From IMG/VR virus record IMGVR_UViG_3300045988_031966: a stretch of 48,114 nt of DNA; one strand, given 5' to 3'. The notes beneath the pieces are model-generated. The model was not told where the DNA came from and ran no database searches. It worked only from the letters and a program-made list of their open reading frames with translations. Source of the DNA: a virus. Below are positions 26,902 to 33,667 of the stretch, piece after piece; within the stretch, counting starts at the first letter, position 1; every line of letters starts with the position of its first letter. Position numbers and translations under genes: made by a program.

Positions 26902-28125
26902 ATGAGAAAACAAAAGCAAGACATTCTTCTGCGTAAAGAACCGCAAGGGCATAAAGAGTACAAATATCTGTATCGTGAAATGCTGAAGGATGATGTGATC
27001 CGGAAAGCATATAAGAAGTTACGCAAAGGAAAAACCAAAAGAAAAGAGATACAGTACATCGATGCACATTTTGATGAGGAAGTGCAGAAGATGCACGACA
27101 TGATCTTAAACACCAAGCCAGAGGGCGTGGAAGTACCGCACCCGGAACTGGCATACAAACCCCGGAAAAGAACTCCGAAGATTATCGTGGAACATGGGAA
27201 AAGACGGAAAATCTATATGCCGGAAATTCATGAACAATGGCTACACCACATCATAGTGCTTATTTCAGAGCCGATTATAACAGCCACAGCCTATCCGTAT
27301 TCCTGTGGATCGTTCCCAAAGCGTGGAGCACACTACGGAAAACGACAGATAGAGAGGTGGCTCTTACATGATCCTAAAGGCACAAGGTGTTTTGCCAAAA
27401 TGGATATCCGGCATTTTTATGACAGCATCCGGCTAAAAATTCTTATGATGGAGCTGCGGATTAGAATCAAAGATGAATGGTTTTTATACATTATCGAATT
27501 GTGCCTGCATGGATTTGATAAAGGAATTCCTCTCGGGTTTTATATCAGTCAGTGGTTAGCAAATTATCTGTTAGAGCCATTGGACAGGCTGATCACAGAA
27601 GGACTGGGTCTACCGAAGTTACAGAGATACATGGATGACATCGTCATATTCGCAAGTAACAAGAAAGTCCTTCATGCAGCCATTATAAGAATAAAACAAC
27701 TTCTCGGTCAGCGTTTCAGATTGAAACTGAAGAATAATTACCAAGTGTGCAAATTTTATTTTGTAAAAGGTAAAAGAAGAATCGGCAGGGCGTTGGATTT
27801 TATGGGGTTTGTATTTTACAGAACCAGAACCGTCATCAGAAAGAGCATCATGTTGTCAGCCACCAGACTGGCGGCAAAGATGCATCGAGCAAAAGAAGAA
27901 AATCGTGGATACTTCCACAGACACATCGAAGCCATGCTCTCCTACATGGGATGGTTTACCTGCACAGACACCTATGGATGTTATGAGAGCAGGATAAAAC
28001 CATTCATCAAGGTGGGAAGGCTTAAGAAAATTATATCCAAATTAAAAAGGAGGCAGAACCATGAAGCAGTGGACAGAGGAACGATGTTCCGAAAAACCGC
28101 AGGAGTTACAGCTTATTGCCAGTGA
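26902..28125 (+). CDS. DGR-type reverse transcriptase
   Basis: 407 aa. RT motifs SCGSFPKRG, KMDIRHFYDSI, IPLGFYISQWLANYLL (LGxxxSQ signature), RYMDDIVIF (YxDD) and LDFMGFVF are present. Confidence 0.9.
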   Translation: MRKQKQDILLRKEPQGHKEYKYLYREMLKDDVIRKAYKKLRKGKTKRKEIQYIDAHFDEEVQKMHDMILNTKPEGVEVPHPELAYKPRKRTPKIIVEHGKRRKIYMPEIHEQWLHHIIVLISEPIITATAYPYSCGSFPKRGAHYGKRQIERWLLHDPKGTRCFAKMDIRHFYDSIRLKILMMELRIRIKDEWFLYIIELCLHGFDKGIPLGFYISQWLANYLLEPLDRLITEGLGLPKLQRYMDDIVIFASNKKVLHAAIIRIKQLLGQRFRLKLKNNYQVCKFYFVKGKRRIGRALDFMGFVFYRTRTVIRKSIMLSATRLAAKMHRAKEENRGYFHRHIEAMLSYMGWFTCTDTYGCYESRIKPFIKVGRLKKIISKLKRRQNHEAVDRGTMFRKTAGVTAYCQ

Positions 28126-28330
28126 CATCTATATGGAAAGGAAGAACATCAAAGAAGTGAAACATCCGGCAGACGAAGTCACCGGAACGGAGGCTTATAC
28201 GGAATGGGTATGCGAAAGCCGAGAAATCAGTGTCAGCGAGTATGAGATGTTGAAATCCATTGAAGCAATTGACACCACGAAGGCGATCGATGCGTACACA
28301 TTACAACTGATCGAGGAGGGATTATTATAA
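28061..28330 (+). CDS. Hypothetical protein (XkdW-like position)
   Basis: 89 aa with strong RBS aaaaggaggcagaaccATG. It overlaps the RT 3' end by 65 nt and precedes the XkdX-like gene. Confidence 0.55.
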   Translation: MKQWTEERCSEKPQELQLIASDIYMERKNIKEVKHPADEVTGTEAYTEWVCESREISVSEYEMLKSIEAIDTTKAIDAYTLQLIEEGLL

Positions 28331-28476
28331 TGAGAGCACTGGTAAATAGCATCAAAAGACTGTATGAATCGGGCCGGCTGACCAAAGAGCAGGTCGCAGA
28401 AAGAGTCGTGAAGGGAACGCTTGATGAAACAGAATACGAGGAAATCACAGGGGAAACCTACGCAGCAGAAGAATAA
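28330..28476 (+). CDS. XkdX-family small phage protein
   Basis: 48 aa, below the ORF-track cut-off. ATG overlaps the upstream stop. MRALVNSIKRLYESGRLTKEQVAERVVKGTLDETEYEEITGETY fits the remembered XkdX pattern. Confidence 0.6.
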   Translation: MRALVNSIKRLYESGRLTKEQVAERVVKGTLDETEYEEITGETYAAEE

Positions 28477-28646
28477 CTTCAAATGCAGTCATTCACATGG
28501 GAGCAGGTACTGTCATAAGCACATGAAGGAATGTGACTTCAAGTGTAGAGAAAGCGGCACCTGCTCCCATTGCGTACACTACTATATTCCGATAACGCAA
28601 TCCCCATGTAAGGTGTGCGTAAGTCGACAGAAGGAGAGCTAAATAA

Positions 28647-29156
28647 ATGAAAGAATTCTTAGACATTTTCGGAGGTGTATCGGTCCAAAGCGTAGCGTTA
28701 TTAATGTGTGCGATCATATTCCTTATTGGATGTTACAGGAAGGTGGAAAAGTATTTTTCAGACAAAGCAGTACAGGAAAAAGAGTACAATGAACGCATCA
28801 ATAAAATGTTAGAGCAGGCAGAGAATTATCCAATGTGGCACGAGCAAAGCATCAAGATCCGAAAAGAATTAAATGAATCCTTTAATGGATTGAACAGAAA
28901 AATGGATGCCATGCAAGACGCAAACGATGAAAGACTGGCACTGACATGGCGATACCGCATACTGAGATTTGATGATGAAATCAGACATGATAACAAACAT
29001 ACTAAGGAACACTTCGACCAGATTTTGGACGACATCACAGAGTATGAGAAGTATTGTCGGTTGCATAAAGAATTTCATAACAACAAAGCTGTGTTGGCGA
29101 TAGATAACATCAAAAGCGTTTACAGACAATGCACCAATGAAGGAAGTTTTTTATAA
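28647..29156 (+). CDS. Membrane-anchored coiled-coil protein of the lysis cassette (XhlA-like position)
   Basis: 169 aa. N-terminal hydrophobic helix (VSVQSVALLMCAIIFLIGCY), then a charged helical region. It lies directly upstream of the holin. Confidence 0.5.
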   Translation: MKEFLDIFGGVSVQSVALLMCAIIFLIGCYRKVEKYFSDKAVQEKEYNERINKMLEQAENYPMWHEQSIKIRKELNESFNGLNRKMDAMQDANDERLALTWRYRILRFDDEIRHDNKHTKEHFDQILDDITEYEKYCRLHKEFHNNKAVLAIDNIKSVYRQCTNEGSFL

Positions 29157-29170
29157 GGAGGAATAAGAAA

Positions 29171-29398
29171 ATGAAAAAAATTGATTGGGTAAGAAAGCTG
29201 ACAAGTAGAAAATTGTGGACAGCGGTGGCTTCGTTTGTCTCCATGATGATTGTAGCGACAGGCGGAGCAGAGAACACAGCAACGCAGGTAACTGCCTTGA
29301 TTATGGCAGGGGCATCTGTGATCGCATACATCATTGGAGAAGGACTGACGGATGCAACGAATACAGAAGGAATTCCGCAGGAGCAGATTGAGGAATAA
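29171..29398 (+). CDS. Holin
   Basis: 75 aa with two hydrophobic segments (LWTAVASFVSMMIVATGG and VTALIMAGASVIAYIIG) and an acidic C-terminus. It precedes the endolysin. RBS is taaggagg. Confidence 0.7.
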   Translation: MKKIDWVRKLTSRKLWTAVASFVSMMIVATGGAENTATQVTALIMAGASVIAYIIGEGLTDATNTEGIPQEQIEE

Positions 29399-29413
29399 TA
29401 AAAATTAAAGGAT

Positions 29414-29444
29414 GGGCGGCCGCAAGGCTGCCCTGTTTTATTTT
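29414..29444 (+). terminator. Intrinsic terminator-like hairpin between holin and endolysin
   Basis: gggcggcc / ggctgccc stem (8 bp, one G-U), gcaa tetraloop, then tgttttatttt. Confidence 0.55.
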
Positions 29445-29466
29445 CAGAAAATAGGAGGCAGGCAAT

Positions 29467-30891
29467 ATGGCACTCACAGAAAAACAAAAGAAATTTATAC
29501 AGGACATCGCAGGCTATGTTCAGAAATATGCCAAAGCATACGGAATCAAGGTTCATAGTCCAATCATCGCACAGGCAATCCTTGAAAGCGGATGGGGCGA
29601 AAGCCGACTGGCAGCACAGTACCATAATTACTTCGGACTTAAGTGCGGAACGAAGTGGACTGGCAAAAGTGTGAACATGACCACACGGGAAGAATATGAA
29701 CCGGGAACACTTACCACGATTAAAGATAATTTTCGGGTATATGACGACATGGAGGAAGGAGTAAAGGGGTACTTTGAGTTTATCCAGTTGGCAAGATACC
29801 ACAACCTCAGAGGAATCACGGACCCCAAAACTTATCTCCAAACCATCAAGAACGATGGCTACGCTACAAGCAGCACATATGTGGAGAACACGATGAAACT
29901 GGTAACCCAGTACAATCTTACAAAATACGACAGAAAACAGGAGGAAACTGCCATGGGAAGAACAGCACAGGATGTATTAAACATTATGAGGGGATGGCTT
30001 GGATTTAGTGAAGCCAACGGAAAATTTAAGCAGATTATAGATTTATACAACAGCGTGAAGCCATTACCGAGAGGTTATGAAGTAAAGTACAGTGACGAGT
30101 GGTGCGATACCTGTGTATCGGCGGCGGGAATCGCTGCAGGATGCAGTGATTTAATCGGGAGAGAATGTGGGTGTGAACAGCATGTAAAGATTTTTCAGTC
30201 CATGGGAATCTGGATTGAGGATGGAACAATCACTCCAATTCCGGGCGACATCATCCTCTACAACTGGGATGACGGAACACAGCCAAACGATGGATATAGT
30301 GATCACATCGGATATGTGGAGAATGTTTCCGGTGGAAAGATTACCTGCATGGAAGGAAACAAGGGAGAAGCTGTCGCAAGACGTGTTCTCTCTGTCGGCA
30401 GTGGAAATATCAGAGGATATGCCCGCCCGAAATATGCTTCTGGCGGTTCATCGAAGCCATCAAAATCCGTCACGGAAGTAGCCAAGGAAGTCCTTGCCGG
30501 GAAGTGGGACAATGGAGATGACCGCAGAAACCGACTGACTGCCGCAGGCTACAATTACAATGAGGTGCAGGCAGAAGTAAACAGACTGGCAAGCGGCGGA
30601 TCATCTGCTCCGAAAAAGAGCGTGGATGAAATTGCAAAAGAAGTCATCGCAGGCAAGTGGGGAAATGGAGATGACCGTAAAAACCGCCTTGTCGCCGCCG
30701 GATATGATTATAATGCAGTTCAGAGAGCTGTCAACGCAAAACTCAGCGGATCAGCAGGAAAGTCCGTGACGCAGGTGGCAAAAGAAGTCATCGCCGGAAA
30801 ATGGGGAAATGGAGAGGAACGCAGAAGAAAGCTGACTGCCGCAGGTTACGACTATAATGCGGTGCAGAGAAAGGTCAATGAACTTCTGTAA
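29467..30891 (+). CDS. Endolysin: glucosaminidase domain + CHAP/NlpC-like domain + 3 CW_7-type wall-binding repeats
   Basis: AQAILESGWGESRLAAQYHNYFGLK (glucosaminidase-type). DEWCDTCVS ... SDHIGYV (Cys/His peptidase-type). There are three ~45-aa repeats. Confidence 0.9.
   Translation: MALTEKQKKFIQDIAGYVQKYAKAYGIKVHSPIIAQAILESGWGESRLAAQYHNYFGLKCGTKWTGKSVNMTTREEYEPGTLTTIKDNFRVYDDMEEGVKGYFEFIQLARYHNLRGITDPKTYLQTIKNDGYATSSTYVENTMKLVTQYNLTKYDRKQEETAMGRTAQDVLNIMRGWLGFSEANGKFKQIIDLYNSVKPLPRGYEVKYSDEWCDTCVSAAGIAAGCSDLIGRECGCEQHVKIFQSMGIWIEDGTITPIPGDIILYNWDDGTQPNDGYSDHIGYVENVSGGKITCMEGNKGEAVARRVLSVGSGNIRGYARPKYASGGSSKPSKSVTEVAKEVLAGKWDNGDDRRNRLTAAGYNYNEVQAEVNRLASGGSSAPKKSVDEIAKEVIAGKWGNGDDRKNRLVAAGYDYNAVQRAVNAKLSGSAGKSVTQVAKEVIAGKWGNGEERRRKLTAAGYDYNAVQRKVNELL
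30463..30888 (+). repeat. Three tandem CW_7-like coding repeats within the endolysin
   Basis: Repeat unit KSVtEVAKEViAGKWGNGDDRrNRLtAAGYdYNaVQ occurs three times in tandem. Confidence 0.8.
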
Positions 30892-30941
30892 ATAACACCA
30901 ATCGTGGCACATCGTGTGCCCCAGATTTGGACGAAAAGCAA

Positions 30942-30975
30942 CCCGGTGGGAGAAATACCCACCGGGCATTTTTTA
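30942..30975. terminator. Bidirectional intrinsic terminator between convergent late and leftward operons
   Basis: cccggtggg (30942..30950) / cccaccggg (30958..30966), 9-bp perfect stem with a 7-nt loop, followed by cattttttat. A weaker T-rich stretch lies on the other strand. Confidence 0.75.
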
Positions 30976-31025
30976 TGAGCAAAATGGGGCAAATCCGAAA
31001 GCCAAAAAGAAAGCAGGGGCAACAC

Positions 31026-31235
31026 CTACCCCTGCGGAAAGATAAAGATTTTATAGACCTGCTCCGGGGTAAGAGAATACCGCCGGGCAATCAGACGGAT
31101 ATATTTTAGACCAAACTCACCACGACCATTCCAGATGGTGGAGAAGTTCGGAACGGACATACCAATGGCCGCAGCCAAGTCCTTGTTGCGGTCGCCATGG
31201 GCACGCATGATCGGCTCAAGCAATTCTTTATTCAC
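31026..31235 (-). CDS. XRE/Cro-CI-type helix-turn-helix regulator
   Basis: ORF 31026..31271 (-). GTG at 31235 lies 9 nt after GGGAGG and overlaps the upstream stop. HTH segment NKDLAAAIGMSVPNFSTIWNGR. Confidence 0.65.
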   Translation of the reverse strand: MNKELLEPIMRAHGDRNKDLAAAIGMSVPNFSTIWNGRGEFGLKYIRLIARRYSLTPEQVYKIFIFPQG

Positions 31236-31458
31236 GAGATAACACCTCCCTGCAGGAAAACCTGTTGACATTGTCGGAGCAGGAATCCGAAATCACAAGG
31301 CGAACCAGTACATCGCCGAATTTATCAGTTACATCAAGCACACGGACACCAGTCCCTATGCCAACCCTGCCAGAATCAGAAAACTGGCATCTATCGTCTA
31401 CCGCCCACTCATCCACGGAAATACCGAGATCAGTGCGGCACTTATCAATATAGATCAT
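31228..31458 (-). CDS. Hypothetical acidic protein co-transcribed with the HTH regulator
   Basis: ORF 31228..31536 (-). ATG at 31458 is preceded by ggaaagga. 76 aa. It overlaps the downstream HTH gene by 8 nt. Confidence 0.45.
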   Translation of the reverse strand: MIYIDKCRTDLGISVDEWAVDDRCQFSDSGRVGIGTGVRVLDVTDKFGDVLVRLVISDSCSDNVNRFSCREVLSRE

Positions 31459-31823
31459 TGTATCAAATCCTTTCCAAAAATAAAAGGAACAAAAGCCATG
31501 TCGCCCATCAATCACGAAGATGGGAAGGACGTCCACTGATACGGTCCAGAGGAAAGACCTCGTGCTTGGCTACACATCACCAAAACCTTTCTCTGCCAGA
31601 GCAGGAAACAAAGTAAACGGGTTACACCGGGCAATCGGCAGAGCCAATAACTCCTCCACGGTTTCAAGGCTTTCACATTAAAAACCAGTCAAACTTGTCA
31701 GACATCACTCAGACATGGCATTGTCCTTCGCTCCCCTCACGCTTCCGCCTCCCGGACTTGGGACCGGGCATCGGTGGGTTAGAGCAGGCAGGGACATCAA
31801 TGTCCCCACCAGCTCCGGAATGG

Positions 31824-31919
31824 CTATCTGAAAAGCAGAAGAATCAGACCAAATACCACGATGCCTAATTCTGCGATTCTGAAAGCCAGTTCCAGAAGTG
31901 AAACACTAATCCGTTTCAT
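31824..31919 (-). CDS. Small hydrophobic peptide 2 (31 aa)
   Basis: Not in the ORF track. AGGAGG lies 8 nt upstream of the ATG. Sequence MKRISVSLLELAFRIAELGIVVFGLILLLFR. Confidence 0.45.
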   Translation of the reverse strand: MKRISVSLLELAFRIAELGIVVFGLILLLFR

Positions 31920-31951
31920 TGACACAACCTCCTATCATGTGGTAGAATTGT

Positions 31952-31989
31952 GGCACTGGGAGAGGGGAATGAACCCTCCCCTCAGTGCC
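31952..31989 (-). other. Strong RNA hairpin between the two small peptide genes
   Basis: Minus-strand GGCACTG-a-GGGGAGGG-ttcattc-CCCTCTCC-CAGTGCC: about 15 bp, one bulge, one G-U. It pairs better on the minus strand. No U-run follows. Confidence 0.5.
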
Positions 31990-31995
31990 TGGAAA

Positions 31996-32109
31996 TTAGA
32001 ATACGATGAATCGCACAACCGCTATCAAAGTACCAATTTCCAATGCAAGCTGTGTAAGTGCTCGAACCACTTTACACAGCTTTTTAATTTTTACTTCCAA
32101 GTCGTCCAT
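31996..32109 (-). CDS. Small hydrophobic peptide 1 (37 aa)
   Basis: Not in the ORF track. AGGAGG lies 8 nt upstream of the ATG. Sequence MDDLEVKIKKLCKVVRALTQLALEIGTLIAVVRFIVF. Confidence 0.45.
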   Translation of the reverse strand: MDDLEVKIKKLCKVVRALTQLALEIGTLIAVVRFIVF

Positions 32110-32141
32110 TGGCTTGTCCTCCTTTCCTTTAGGTTGTTGGT

Positions 32142-32170
32142 ATATTACCTTGCATTCGCCTATTATTCAA
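32142..32170 (-). promoter_or_regulatory. Leftward sigma-70-like promoter
   Basis: Minus strand reads TTGAAT (32170..32165), a 17-nt spacer, then TAATAT (32147..32142). It lies about 30 nt upstream of the peptide-1 RBS. Confidence 0.5.
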
Positions 32171-32220
32171 GTCATTTATAACCCGTATATTTACCAAATT
32201 TATAACCCATTTGCAGGCTG

Positions 32221-33418
32221 ATTTTTGTTACATTGTTATCCCGTTTTATAAGAAAAAGTTATTGAAAAACATAACCCATTTACCGATAATAATATGGTAA
32301 CAAAAGCAAAAGGAGGCGGCGATAATGGCAAGAAGATTCAAGCAGTTAACCAAAGCCGACAGACTGAAAATAGAAGCACTGGACAAGGCAGGACGCAAGG
32401 TAAAAGAGATCGCAGAACAGATCGGAGTACACCAGAGCACCATCTACCGGGAACTTAAGAGGGGCAGATACATCCACACCAATTCCGATCTGACAGAGGA
32501 GGAACGATACTCCCCCGACATCGCACACGAAAAGTACCAAGAGAACCTACGGGCAAAAGGACCCGACCTCAAAATAGGGAACGACCAATCACTGGCAGAT
32601 TTTATCGAAGATAAAATGGTAAACGATGACTTCTCGGTCGGAGCGGTACTTGGATACATAGAGCAACAGGGATTAGAATTTTCAGTAACAATAACAAGGC
32701 AGACCTTATACAGATACATAGACCTCGGACTTTTTCTGAACCTTACGAACAAAGATCTGCCAATCAAGGGCAACCGAAAGAAGAAAAAGAAAACCGTGAG
32801 AAAAACGCAGGCAAGGGCAGCCGCAGGCGACAGCATAGAGAAACGACCGGAGGAGATCGACACCAGAGAAGAATTCGGACACTGGGAGATGGATACTGTG
32901 ATCGGCAAGAAGGGAGAATCAAAGCACAGCCTCCTGGTACTTACCGAAAGAAAGACAAGGGAAGAATTGATGTTTCTCCTTATGGAGCATACCACAGAGC
33001 AGGTGGTGTCCTGCATCAATAGACTGGAAGAACAGTGGGGCGAAAAATTCAACCGGATATTTAAAACAATCACCGTGGATAACGGAACGGAATTCAGCGA
33101 CTGCGATGGACTGCAAAAGAGCATCCTGCAGGACGGAGAAAACAGAACCAAGATATATTACTGCCACCCATACTCAAGCTACGAGCGGGGCAGCAACGAG
33201 AACCAGAACAAACTGGTACGCAGGAAAGTACCGAAGGGAACAAACTTCGATGATCGCACAGAGGACGACATCAAAGAGGTGGAAAACTGGATAAACAACT
33301 ACCCGAGATTATTATTCGGATGGGAAACAGCACAAATGCAGTTTGACAAAGAACTGGCACTGATTGCATAATAAAAAAGACCAAAAACAGGGACAGGGGG
33401 GATACTATGCACAAAAAT
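32221..33418 (+). mobile_element. IS30-family element (boundaries tentative)
   Basis: Candidate imperfect inverted repeats atttttgttacattgttatccc (32221..32242) and gggatactatgcacaaaaat (33399..33418), about 18 matched positions with 2 gaps. Total 1198 bp with a single DDE transposase ORF. Confidence 0.45.
32325..33371 (+). CDS. IS30-family DDE transposase
   Basis: 348 aa. N-terminal HTH LTKADRLKIEALDKAGRKVKEIAEQIGVHQSTIYRELKRG is typical of IS30 transposases. The C-terminal catalytic core includes HWEMDTV ... TVDNGTEF ... RGSNEN. Confidence 0.88.
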   Translation: MARRFKQLTKADRLKIEALDKAGRKVKEIAEQIGVHQSTIYRELKRGRYIHTNSDLTEEERYSPDIAHEKYQENLRAKGPDLKIGNDQSLADFIEDKMVNDDFSVGAVLGYIEQQGLEFSVTITRQTLYRYIDLGLFLNLTNKDLPIKGNRKKKKKTVRKTQARAAAGDSIEKRPEEIDTREEFGHWEMDTVIGKKGESKHSLLVLTERKTREELMFLLMEHTTEQVVSCINRLEEQWGEKFNRIFKTITVDNGTEFSDCDGLQKSILQDGENRTKIYYCHPYSSYERGSNENQNKLVRRKVPKGTNFDDRTEDDIKEVENWINNYPRLLFGWETAQMQFDKELALIA

Positions 33419-33501
33419 AGTAGAAATCAACAAAAACAGATAGAGGGCATTGTGCAAAATGATGAAATGATGTTTTGCAATAAAAGTTTTGCATTTATTG
33501 C

Positions 33502-33530
33502 TTGACATTTCAATCGAAGAATATTAAGAT
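33502..33530 (+). promoter_or_regulatory. Rightward early promoter
   Basis: TTGACA (33502..33507), a 17-nt spacer, then TAAGAT (33525..33530). It is flanked upstream by TTTTGCA repeats and downstream by a 9+4-bp palindrome (33531..33566). Confidence 0.6.
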
Positions 33531-33667
33531 AAATGCGAAATGAGTGATATAACTCGCTTCGCATTTTTCTTCTTTATAACTATATACCCAAAAAAGAAAG
33601 ATATGCGTTGGAGTTTAACCACTCTGACGCATTTTTTTATTGCCCAAAAGACAAGGAGGTGGAAACA

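Noticed and set aside
26790-27158. 122-aa minus-strand ORF near TR/RT, considered as a possible Avd
   Set aside because: It is antisense to the RT start. It is Cys/Ser/Phe-rich, not the basic helical bundle expected of Avd, and it has no RBS.
28421-28642. 73-aa Cys/His-rich ORF spanning the XkdX-like gene end and the following gap
   Set aside because: It overlaps the better-supported XkdX-like frame and has no RBS. The Cys/His richness comes from reading through the 12-bp inverted repeat region.
31560-31830. GC-rich, stem-rich stretch (gggacat-tg-atgtccc, cccgg...ccggg), considered as a tRNA gene or tRNA-derived attP
   Set aside because: There is no cloverleaf, no T-loop GTTCRA-type sequence and no CCA-proximal acceptor pairing. 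With no integrase present, an attP call is unsupported.
31861-32181. 106-aa + strand ORF in the switch region
   Set aside because: It has no RBS and an implausible composition. It runs antisense across two minus-strand mini-ORFs that each have perfect AGGAGG RBSs and a promoter.
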